This document shows, piece after piece, positions 10,503 to 19,439 of a stretch of 64,000 nt of DNA. This DNA is from Candidatus Culexmicrobium cathedralense (GTDB lineage: Archaea > Thermoproteota > Methanomethylicia > Culexarchaeales > Culexmicrobiaceae). Within the stretch, counting starts at the first letter, position 1, and the number at the start of each line of letters is the position of its first letter. The notes below the pieces were generated by a model, which searched no databases, was not told where the DNA came from, and was given only the letters and a program-made list of their open reading frames with translations. The stretch is taken from NCBI GenBank assembly GCA_025061115.1, contig JANZKC010000001.1, positions 320,001-384,000 on the forward strand, given 5' to 3'. Made by a program: the position numbers and the translations under genes.

Positions 10503-11984
10503 TCACCCCCCTAAAGTCTCAACAATCCTACCGCTAACACCTCGACCCATAAAAGCTTCACTACGAGCCATATCAGCCAGCTTCTGAGCATATGGAGTCG
10601 GATAATTTCCCGTAACACAAGCTAGGCACAGCCTATCATGGCCAACTGCACTGCAAAAGTCACTTACAGTCTGATAATTAACTGAATCAGCACCCAATAT
10701 CTCCGCAACCTCCTCATCACTCCTATTAAAACCAACGAGCTCATGGAAAGTAGCCATATCAATTCCATAAAAGCAGGGGCTAATTATCTTCGGAAAAGTC
10801 GAGAACACGTGAACTTCAACAGCTCCAGCCCCCTTAAGAACCCTAACGACATGCCTTAAGGTATCTCCACGAACAATGCTGTCATCAATCAATGCAATGC
10901 GCTTCCCATCAACCCTATCCAATAAAATATTATACTTCCTCGAGAGAATGAAATCCCTCTCCTCAGCAGACATGATGAAAGCCCTATGCTTAACATAGCG
11001 ATGCCTAACGATCAAAGGCTCAATAGGCTTTCCAGCTTCCTCATGAAAGCCATAGGCCGCGTCAACTGCAGTTTGCGGCACAGGCACAATCACATCAACC
11101 CTAGAAGCAACATCAGAGTAACGCCTAGCAAGACTCCTGCCAAGCTCCCTCCGAACCTCATAAACGTATCTGCCATCAGCCAATATCGAGTCAGGCCTAG
11201 CGAAGTAAGCATACTCAAAGGCACATAAAGCTTCACCGCGATTACACAGCACACAGCTCTCAATTCTACTTTTATCAACAATCACGAGCTCACCTGGACT
11301 TAGAAAACGCTCAAACTTCACTCCATTAACATTAAGAGCAACGCTCTCAGAAGCAATGAGAAGAAGCTTACGCTCAGAATCAAACCCATAAACCAGCGGC
11401 CTAATTCCATGAGGATCTCTAAAGGCAAATAGAATGCCCTCCCCGGTTACTCCTACAACGGAGTATGATCCATCAACTTTACCCATAAACTCCTTAACGC
11501 CCTCAACAACGTCGCCCTCAGCATTAATCGAGTTTAAAAGGGCATGAGCCAAAACCTCAGCATCCGAAGTACCGCGAAACTCCACCCCCCTCTCCAGCAG
11601 AAACCTCCTTAAATTAATCACATTAACAATATTACCATTATATGCAATAGCCAACCTACGCTCACCATCACCGACAAGACACGGCTGAGCATCAGCCAGC
11701 AACTGCACCTTCGAAAAATCACCTGAAGTTGCATACCTCACATGAGCTATGCCAAGGCTTCCGGAAAGCTCTTCATTCCAAAATGAAAGCTTCTGAAAAT
11801 CCAAATCAGCAACAAGACCCAAATCCTTAAAAACCCTAAAGTCACCATCGAAAGTTAAAATGCCATAGGACTGATGACCCCTATGATTTAGAGTTAACAA
11901 TGCCCAGTAAAGATTTAGCAAAACGCTTTCCCCATTAAAGCTTAAAGCAGCAGCAACCCCGCAATTCTCACCAACAAAGTCCAT
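10503..11984 (-). CDS. purF: Amidophosphoribosyltransferase
   Basis: Short propeptide then ENCGV; motifs HRGH, HVRYAT, NGNI, IDDSIVRG, CFYGID, CLAC. Confidence 0.93.
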   Translation of the reverse strand: MDFVGENCGVAAALSFNGESVLLNLYWALLTLNHRGHQSYGILTFDGDFRVFKDLGLVADLDFQKLSFWNEELSGSLGIAHVRYATSGDFSKVQLLADAQPCLVGDGERRLAIAYNGNIVNVINLRRFLLERGVEFRGTSDAEVLAHALLNSINAEGDVVEGVKEFMGKVDGSYSVVGVTGEGILFAFRDPHGIRPLVYGFDSERKLLLIASESVALNVNGVKFERFLSPGELVIVDKSRIESCVLCNRGEALCAFEYAYFARPDSILADGRYVYEVRRELGRSLARRYSDVASRVDVIVPVPQTAVDAAYGFHEEAGKPIEPLIVRHRYVKHRAFIMSAEERDFILSRKYNILLDRVDGKRIALIDDSIVRGDTLRHVVRVLKGAGAVEVHVFSTFPKIISPCFYGIDMATFHELVGFNRSDEEVAEILGADSVNYQTVSDFCSAVGHDRLCLACVTGNYPTPYAQKLADMARSEAFMGRGVSGRIVETLGG

Positions 11985-12934
11985 CAGCCAGCACTCCCCA
12001 ACTCACGCATAACTTCATCCAAGCTCTTGAGCTTCAAATCATCAATGCTCCTTCGGCCAGTAAGAACTTCATAGGAACCCTTTACCCGAAAAGCTATCTG
12101 CTCAATGAGAAGCCTAGGCAATTTTGGAGGCGGCCCATCACCCCTAAATCCAACCCTAATCAAATAAGCTCTAAGAAACTCCTTATCCAAGCAATGCGAC
12201 TCCTGAAACTTACCCGGAGAATAATGCTTCAAAGACCAAAGCCTAGCTGAATCATGGGTAGGAGGCTCATCAATTTGAATGAGAACGCCATCACGCCTGC
12301 CAAACTCGAACTTAACATCGGGAATAATTATGCCAACCCGTTTAGCCTCAGAGCAGTAGAACTCATAAAGCTTAAAGCAAGCCTCCTCAAGCACATTCCA
12401 CTCATCCCTCGAAACAAGACCCCTCGAAACAGCCTCCTCCCTAGTAATCTCGTAGTCATGGCCACACTCGCTCTTAACTGTTGGAGTTAAAATTGGCTCA
12501 GGAAGCTCCTCAGCCAAGCTAAGACCACTAGGAAGCTTAACGCCAGAAATAACTCTTACACCGCGAGAATAAGCCCTCCAAGCAGAACCATACAAATAAC
12601 CCCTAACAATCCACTCAATATCAATCCTCTCAGCCTTAGCAACCCTCATGGTACGCTCATCAATCTGCTCAATCAAATGATTGGGAAAAATGCGCATACT
12701 CCTCTTCAACCAATAAACCGAAAGCAAATTCAAGTAAACACCCTTAAAAGGTATCAAATCTTCAAAAACAACATCAAAAGCCGAAATCCTATCAGTATGA
12801 AATAGCAAAAGATAAGACCCAAAATCATAGACATCCCTAACCTTACCCCTCCTAGGAAGATGCTCACGCCCAAAAAGCCATGAATTCCTAATAGCCTCAA
12901 CATAACGGCCAGAGTGAAATGGGTCAGGAACCAA
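11984..12934 (-). CDS. purC: SAICAR synthetase (start uncertain, probably TTG 12934 rather than 13129)
   Basis: Motifs RGKVRDVY, TDRISAFD, VRGYLYGS, DVKFEFG, DSARLW, DKEFLR. The upstream 65 codons look non-coding. Confidence 0.92.
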   Translation of the reverse strand: MVPDPFHSGRYVEAIRNSWLFGREHLPRRGKVRDVYDFGSYLLLFHTDRISAFDVVFEDLIPFKGVYLNLLSVYWLKRSMRIFPNHLIEQIDERTMRVAKAERIDIEWIVRGYLYGSAWRAYSRGVRVISGVKLPSGLSLAEELPEPILTPTVKSECGHDYEITREEAVSRGLVSRDEWNVLEEACFKLYEFYCSEAKRVGIIIPDVKFEFGRRDGVLIQIDEPPTHDSARLWSLKHYSPGKFQESHCLDKEFLRAYLIRVGFRGDGPPPKLPRLLIEQIAFRVKGSYEVLTGRRSIDDLKLKSLDEVMRELGSAG

Positions 12935-13438
12935 AGCAGCCTGAAAAATAGAAGAACCACGAAAAACGGGTCTAAAATTCACATTAAAAGCAAAGAAGCA
13001 AGGAAAACCGAAATTCAAGAACAACTGTGATGCAAAAAAGCAGATGATCAAGTTAAGTACGAATAAGATTAAATTAAAATCATGAAAATTAAATATAAAG
13101 GAAATAGCTTGAAGCCTGCAAAGCACCATAAACTCGAATCCCCTACAACAAATAATTGTAAAAACAATTTAAATTTAGCCTTTCATAGCTGCATAAATTT
13201 TAAATAGACATGTAAAAAACAGCCGACCCACATCGATAACCACCTAAAATTTAAGAACCTAATAAAAATGCTAAATAAAAATATAATTAAACCAAGATCA
13301 AGCAAGCCAACCAATAAAATAAAAATTAATCATTAACAAAAACAACTACAGAAATATAAAAGAATAAAAACCCAAGTAGATCTAAATAATTCAAAGCAAT
13401 CAACTCAAATTAAAAAGCTAAATGGAAGTGAATTCAAC

Positions 13439-14470
13439 ATGAAAATTCCGCCAGCCCTAATATTATTCTTCCTAGCACCAGCAATTGCAGAACTCCTATC
13501 AGGCTCAGCTCCACCATCAGAATTCTTCAACCCAATAATCTTCATCATCCTGGCTTCACTATATGGAAGCGGAGCATTAATAATCAGGGAACTGAAAATC
13601 AGGTGGAATAAAAGCTACGTAACAACATTCATCTTAGGCGCAGCCTACGGAATACTTGAAGAGGGACTCATGGTAAAAAGCTTCTTCGACCCAAACTGGA
13701 TGGACCTAGGAATCCTAGGAAGGTATGGTAGGTGGCTTGGAGTAAATTGGGTATGGGCCGAATGGCTAACAATATACCACGCAATATACAGCATTGCAAT
13801 ACCAATAACCCTAGCAGAACTAGCTTACATTGAAAGAAGAAACGAAAGCTGGATTGGAAATAAAACCCTAGCACTTCTAACCATACTGCTAGGAGCAGTA
13901 ACACTACTAGGACACCTATACCTAACACCCTACAAACCAGCTCCAATCCACATCATAATCACAGCAATAACAATCCTAAGCCTCATAATCATAGCATGGA
14001 AAATTCCGCCAAAAACAGGAAAAAGAGGAAAGCAGCAGCCACCAAACCCAACAAAACTAGCCATAGCAGGATACATGATATCCGCAGGCCTATTCGCCCT
14101 ATTCATGGCAGGACCACACATAATCCCCCAACCACCACTCATAATAATCCTAGGAACAATACTAATCACAGCAACAAGCAAACTCCTAAACCAATACAAA
14201 TGGAGCGAACAAACACTATACCAAAAATACGCATTAACAGCAGGAGCAATAGCATTCCTAATAACCCTAACACCAATACAAGAACTAGATAAAAACCGCC
14301 CAGACAACCCACAAGGCATGCTAATAGTAGGAATCACAGCAGCAATCCTACTATTACTACTAAAAAGAAAAATAAAACAAAAACTTATAGCTCATCACCT
14401 TACCCATAAAAACACAAAATTATCTCACCCTTCAAGCAATTCAAATATAGAGTCAAGGGCAGATAATTAA
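13439..14470 (+). CDS. Polytopic membrane protein of unknown function
   Basis: Many hydrophobic segments; motifs AELLSGS, LYGSGALIIRE, AAYGILEEGL, YHAIYSI. Confidence 0.75.
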   Translation: MKIPPALILFFLAPAIAELLSGSAPPSEFFNPIIFIILASLYGSGALIIRELKIRWNKSYVTTFILGAAYGILEEGLMVKSFFDPNWMDLGILGRYGRWLGVNWVWAEWLTIYHAIYSIAIPITLAELAYIERRNESWIGNKTLALLTILLGAVTLLGHLYLTPYKPAPIHIIITAITILSLIIIAWKIPPKTGKRGKQQPPNPTKLAIAGYMISAGLFALFMAGPHIIPQPPLIIILGTILITATSKLLNQYKWSEQTLYQKYALTAGAIAFLITLTPIQELDKNRPDNPQGMLIVGITAAILLLLLKRKIKQKLIAHHLTHKNTKLSHPSSNSNIESRADN

Positions 14471-14559
14471 ACTCAAACCTAAATGCAAATATACGCCCAA
14501 TTACTCTCAGCATTAAATTCTTTCAATTCTATTTAAATAATTAAGATATGATGATAGTT

Positions 14560-14585
14560 CATTCAATTTTCTTTTAATGAGATTC
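14560..14585 (-). CRISPR. Solitary CRISPR repeat (2 mismatches to the main repeat), with a further degenerate copy at 14520-14545
   Basis: CATTCAATTTTCTTTTAATGAGATTC versus consensus CTTTCAATTCTCTTTTAATGAGATTC. The 14520-14545 copy matches about 18/26. Confidence 0.85.
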
Positions 14586-14724
14586 AAGAAAGTTTATATA
14601 TTTGATATTTAAGTGAGCCCTCAATCAATTTTGTTTCTATTTTTCTACTATATAGTTTTTCATCATTTACCGTTGCAGAGGGTTGATGGGTTTATGGAAT
14701 TGATGAGTGTTTTCTGCAATGGTG
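14586..14724 (-). promoter_or_regulatory. Second (orphan) CRISPR leader
   Basis: Colinear with the main leader 23263-23401; shared blocks GAAAGTTTATATATT, CTATATA, GCAGAGG, GATGGG, ATGGAATT, AATGGTG. Confidence 0.88.
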
Positions 14725-14744
14725 ACGTTTGGAACCTAAAAGCA

Positions 14745-15186
14745 TTATTTTATTATTATTTTTCTTTTGGATTGGTGTTTCTTTCTGCAGTATTGATTGT
14801 ATCCGCAGTTTATGCATTTTTGGGATTTGGCTTTATTTTTGGCTGCCTTTCGGTAGTGATAATTTTATATATTTTGCTGATTATTTGTTTTACTTCTTTT
14901 TATCTAAATTTGTAATTTTTGCGATTATTATTGCGTCTAGTTTTCCTCTCATTCGTAGTTTTTTGCTTTCTAGTTGCACTTCTTTTAGGATTTTTGATGC
15001 TTTTAATTTTGGTATTAGTGGAGCGAGCGGAGGTTTATTGTGAAGTTCTTTTACTATTTTCATCGCTTCTGTTTCTGGCTCGTATATGTGGAGCACAGGT
15101 GTGTAGTGTACTATCATTGGGCATAATGCATAGTTTTTGACTTCTACTGTTGTTATGTAGTTATCGTATTCACTCATTTTACCCAC
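14745..15186 (-). pseudogene. cas4: cas4 pseudogene (internal deletion and frameshifts)
   Basis: N-half has KNYALCP and ESKKLRMRGKLDAII. The C-terminal KCINCGYNQYC cluster (about 14787-14816) is in a different frame, and the central nuclease motifs are absent. Confidence 0.82.
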
Positions 15187-15877
15187 TCTGGTAGCTTTTT
15201 ATTAGTTTTACTACGTCTTGGTCTGTTAGATCTCGCCAGGATTTGTATGCATCTACTACTGCGAACCATGGTCTGCTTCTTGGATTTAGGCAGATTATAA
15301 TGTTTACTAGCCTTGACAGGTTTTCTAGAGATTTGATGTGTCCAGTTGGTGTTGCGATAATTATTTTCTCCGCGTTTCTCGACTTGACGAATTTTATTGC
15401 AGCTCTCATCGTGTAACCTGCTGCGATGCCGTCGTCTGTTATTATAACAGTTTTACCTTGTAAAGGTGGGTATGGCTTATTTCTTCGTAGGACTTTGTTT
15501 CTATGCTTTATTTCTTGAAGCTGCTCTTCAATTGAAGCTTTAATGTCTTTGTCTGTTAATCCAATTAGTGCTGCGAATTGCTCGTCTACAAAGTAGTTTC
15601 CATCTGGGTCTACTGCTCCGAAGCCTGCTTCTCGATTCCATGGTATTAAGAGCTTCCTGCAGATGAGTAGGTCAAAATTGGAGTTGAATGCCTTAGCGAC
15701 TTCAATTCCAACTGGAACTCCGCCTCTTGGAATCGCATAGACAATATCTACTTTGTTTAAAATGTACTTACAAGCTTCTGCAAGTATTTTACCAGCTTCT
15801 GCTCTATCTTTAAAAACGTAGAGTAAGTTTTGAAGAGCTTCATCAATTACAATGTTATTTATACGTCTTAACTTCAT
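15179..15877 (-). CDS. Phosphoribosyltransferase family protein
   Basis: Motifs FKDRAEAG, IPRGGVPV, PRPP loop ITDDGIAAGYT. Confidence 0.88.
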   Translation of the reverse strand: MKLRRINNIVIDEALQNLLYVFKDRAEAGKILAEACKYILNKVDIVYAIPRGGVPVGIEVAKAFNSNFDLLICRKLLIPWNREAGFGAVDPDGNYFVDEQFAALIGLTDKDIKASIEEQLQEIKHRNKVLRRNKPYPPLQGKTVIITDDGIAAGYTMRAAIKFVKSRNAEKIIIATPTGHIKSLENLSRLVNIIICLNPRSRPWFAVVDAYKSWRDLTDQDVVKLIKSYQSG

Positions 15878-15972
15878 GACTAGAATTCACCCATCATACA
15901 ATACTTGTCATTTAATACTGATAAATATGCTCAAGCTTGCTCCTACTTGTGATCTTAATTGATGTCTGAGTG

Positions 15973-17052
15973 TTACGCTTTTGCTTCTGTAACAAATAGC
16001 GCGAATAGAATTAGCGTGATGAAGCCTATGGCACCACCTATGATAAATGGAATTGCAATTCCAGGCAGCCATGGAGTTACATAGACGTCTTTAAGGTATG
16101 CGTAGAGGTAGCTTCCAATAAGTGATCCAATTAGCATGCCGAGATTTGAAAATGCCTGTTGAAGTCCAAATACTCTTCCCCTAACTTCACTTGGAACTAT
16201 ATCTGCTTGTAGAGCTCTCATCACTGGCATTGAAATATTAAATGAAATCATCCTTAATAGAAAAATTAGAGTTAGGGAGTTTACATCTCTCACGAATGGT
16301 ATGAACATTATTGCAGCTCTAGATGGAATCATGGCTACAATTGCTACGGGCTTCCTGCCGATTTTGTCGCTTAACCAGTTGCCAGGGTAGGCTGCGATTA
16401 ATCCAGCGATTGCAGATAGGCTCATTAATCCACCTATTATTGCCAGATCTTTGACGACATACTCTATTGCGTAAACCATGACTATAGACATGAAGATGCT
16501 CATTGCTATTCCATTTGTAAGTCCATTTATGTATATGACAGTAAGACTCCTCTTAACATCTCTACTCAGAGTTTTGAATTCTCTAAAGAAGCTACTCAAG
16601 CTAAACTCAATTTTCCTTTCAGTTTGACTTGTTGACTTAACTTTTATAATGGCTAGTGAGGCTATGAGAGCTGGAAAGCAGAATACTGATATAAGAACTG
16701 TTGGTGCTCTAAATGCGGATAAAGGGTCTCTAAAGCCTAGCACGTTTACCGTTATCGAGTATGCTAGTACGCCCATCATAGGGCCGATAATTCTAGCAAC
16801 ATTGCTAAACATCGTGTATAGTGAAATTGCTCTACCTCTAAAATCCCTGGTAACGCTGTCGGCTATTAAAGCTTGAGCTAGTGGCCAGACCATTCCTGAA
16901 GCTACTCCTTATATTGCTCTTAAAACCATTAGCTGGTCAACATTAACTATAATAGTGTAAAGCAGGACAATTGCGATGTATAGCGCTAAGCCCAGCGATA
17001 TTAACTTCTTCCTTCCAAAGACGTCTCCAAGATAACCGCTTACTGCAGCCAT
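15973..17052 (-). pseudogene. MFS transporter with in-frame premature stop; 5' end eroded
   Basis: Upstream in-frame GYLGDVFGRKK (motif A) ... LRAI*GVASGMVWP, with TAA at 16909-16911 where Gln is expected. Second motif A is WLSDKIGRK. Confidence 0.82.
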
Positions 17053-17237
17053 AATACTGGCAGTTTTGCCACACGCAACGCACAATGCACTTGCAGCAAC
17101 ACACTACGCATTAATCCCAATAATAATTGTCATAGACATTATTGCTTTCGCAAAAATAATGGCGAAAGTAGATTAGCATTTAACATTACAATATGACAAT
17201 ATTACAAACTAACCTTTCAATGACAATTAAAGATAAT

Positions 17238-17293
17238 GGGTCAGGCAAGCTTATTCATCACCAATCAGCGGCGCAGGACCCCGAATCATCCTC
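17238..17293 (-). ncRNA. C/D-box methylation guide sRNA
   Basis: Minus strand reads C GGATGA, guide TTCGGGGTCCTGCGCCG, D' CTGA, C' TGATGA, guide ATAAGCTTGC, D CTGA. GC-rich island in an AT-rich intergenic region. Confidence 0.82.
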
Positions 17294-17442
17294 ACAATTT
17301 CCATATCGAAACAAGTTAATAGAATTTTTGACAATAGGTAAGTCAATCTTCAATTGCTCTGTAAGTTCAAGTGCATTTAAGTAAAAAAGCAATCACTTCC
17401 ATGAGAAGTTAAAACTAAATTTTAGTTAAGCTATTTTTAGTT

Positions 17443-17501
17443 GGCGATGAGGTTATTGGCTACCTGCCGAGTAAATGAGGCGTCCCGGCCTTAACCGAGC
17501 C
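17443..17501 (+). ncRNA. C/D-box methylation guide sRNA
   Basis: C GCGATGA, guide GGTTATTGGCTACCTG, D' CCGA, C' ATGAGG, guide CGTCCCGGCCTTAA, D CCGA; terminal GGC/GCC stem. Confidence 0.75.
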
Positions 17502-17548
17502 GCAACAAGCTAATTAATAATTCAAATTTCACTAATTGATGATCGAGC

Positions 17549-18280
17549 ATGTCGATGGAAATGCTGACCTTTGCAGATGCCCACTGCCATTGCAATCCTA
17601 TTAAGGGGATTGGAGCGAGAGAGATTGCAGAGAAATTTAGGAGGAATGGAGGTTGGTTTTTAGGCTTAATTTCACTCCCTCCATGGAGCTACGCCATTAG
17701 ACCCGAAGGAATAAAATCTTACGAAAAGAGCTTCAAATTACTTGTAAAGCAAGGGGAAGCTGCTAGAGAAGTTGGATTAGCATGCGCAATACATCTAGGC
17801 TTTCACCCCGCAGAAGTAGATAAGCTGGCTTCAATGGGCATCGACCTCAACGGTATCAAAAAACTCGGATTGAAAGTTCTAAATTTAGCCTGCAAGTTCA
17901 TTAGTGAAGGATTAGCTCAAGGCCTTGGAGAATTTGGAAGACAGCACTATTCAACCAAGCCTGAGAGAAGGAGAGTTGCAGAGGAAATTTTGAAGGAAGC
18001 ACTCATTAAGGCTGACGAGCTGAACGTGCCCATACACCTACACTTAGAGCAAGGAGGTAAAATCACCGTGAAATTCATTTTAAATTTACTGAAAGAACTC
18101 AAAGTTAGAGAAGAGATAATAGTCATACACCACCTGCCAGCTAAGCACTTAAAATTCATTGAAAACACTAAGTTGAAAGCCACAATCGTTGGAAAGCTCG
18201 ACGAATTGAAAGAGGCAGTCAAAAGTAAGCCAGGCACTCAAATCTATAAAAACAGTATCCCCCATAGTCCTAGAATATAA
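17549..18280 (+). pseudogene. TatD-family hydrolase, C-terminally truncated
   Basis: Motifs DAHCH, GFHP, GEFGRQH, IHLHLE, IHH present; lacks the C-terminal ETD/ESD motif and ends in out-of-frame speE sequence. Confidence 0.72.
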
Positions 18281-18470
18281 CATTTGGATACCATCATTCG
18301 CCTATGCATGCAATTTTATCCTAGCATCAAAACAAAACTACCCAACAGAAATACCAGCAGAAGAAGTAGATAGAAGGCTGAACAAAAGAGGAGTGAAAAC
18401 CAAGTTCTTCAATGGAAAAACGTACACAGCAATTATTAATATGCCAATCTACGTGAACCTTAAAGCATAG
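18234..18470 (+). pseudogene. speE: 3' fragment of spermidine synthase / aminopropyltransferase
   Basis: Start-less frame ALKSIKTVSPIVLEYNIWIPSFAYACNFILASKQNYPTEIPAEEVDRRLNKRGVKTKFFNGKTYTAIINMP resembles the SpeE C-terminus. Confidence 0.68.
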
Positions 18471-18729
18471 AATATTAACGACCCACTATTTTCAATCAAG
18501 AACAATATAAAGAGCTGATAAAACTTAGCAAATCTCAATTCACAAATACAAAGCTTAATACACGAGGACATTCGCAATGCCATGCAATCAAGCAAGTAAT
18601 TCTACACGTAAAACCCATAAGCCCAAGTTTGATTCACCATTAAAGTTAGAAAGATTTAAAATTCTGACATTAAACCAAAGTTGGAAAAAATATTTAGGTT
18701 GCATCATAAATCAATTTTCTGGTGTAAAT

Positions 18730-18978
18730 ATGAATCTAACCTTCAAAGCTAAAGTTGGGAAAAAGCGAGTACTAGTAATTCCTAAGAAGGCTGCTGAAAT
18801 ACTTAGCATCCGCGAAGGCACCACCGTTAAGATAACTATTGATAATGATAGAATGATTATCGAACCCATACGCGACGCTATTTGGCTTTCACTCTATGGA
18901 GAGAAAATAGCTAATATATCCCTCAAAGAACTGGAGGAAATAAGCATTGAAGAACAAGGAAAGATCATTGAAAAATAA
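18730..18978 (+). CDS. vapB: AbrB/MazE-type antitoxin (VapB)
   Basis: KVGKKRVLVIPK..AEILSIREG swapped-hairpin motif; overlaps the PIN gene. Confidence 0.85.
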   Translation: MNLTFKAKVGKKRVLVIPKKAAEILSIREGTTVKITIDNDRMIIEPIRDAIWLSLYGEKIANISLKELEEISIEEQGKIIEK

Positions 18979-19429
18979 AAAACTACTAGTCGATACAAGC
19001 TTCCTCCTCCCAGCTTTAGGCATAAAAGTTGAGGAAAATGTTATGAGAACCATCGAATTCTTCCACCAATACGAAATATGCTACATGGAAGTAAGCATCC
19101 TAGAAGCAATGTGGAGCATTCTAAAATTAATTCCTCACAACAAGCTAAACATAATTGAAAGAGGCATTGAAGCCATCAGAGAAAGCTACGAATTAGTAAA
19201 CCCACCTCCAAAAGCTTTCATCAAAGCCTATGAAATCTACCTAAATGGACATCGAGACTACATTGACAACCTAATATACGCCACATCAACCATACAAGGA
19301 TTAAGCCTACTAACAATAGACCAGCAACTCATAAACTTCCTAAAAAGAAAAAACTACCCCACAGAAAACATCATAACACCAGAAGAATTAATAAGTAAAC
19401 ATATAACTCCACATCCATCACGCATTTAA
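18968..19429 (+). CDS. vapC: PIN-domain toxin (VapC)
   Basis: Motifs LVDTSFL, SILEA, DYIDNLIYA, LLTID. Confidence 0.88.
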   Translation: MKNKKLLVDTSFLLPALGIKVEENVMRTIEFFHQYEICYMEVSILEAMWSILKLIPHNKLNIIERGIEAIRESYELVNPPPKAFIKAYEIYLNGHRDYIDNLIYATSTIQGLSLLTIDQQLINFLKRKNYPTENIITPEELISKHITPHPSRI

Positions 19430-19439
19430 AAGTCAATTA

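Noticed and set aside
12935-13129. Hydrophobic N-terminal extension of PurC
   Set aside because: Phe-rich read-through of T-rich intergenic DNA.
14546-14559. Mini-spacer matching TATCATCAT/CTATCATC in the main leader (about 23334-23350)
   Set aside because: Only 8-9 nt in AT-rich DNA and no clear type I-A PAM.
14613-15140. Plus-strand hydrophobic ORFs 14613, 14729 and 14919
   Set aside because: They overlap the leader and are antisense to the cas4 remnant; artefacts of G/T skew.
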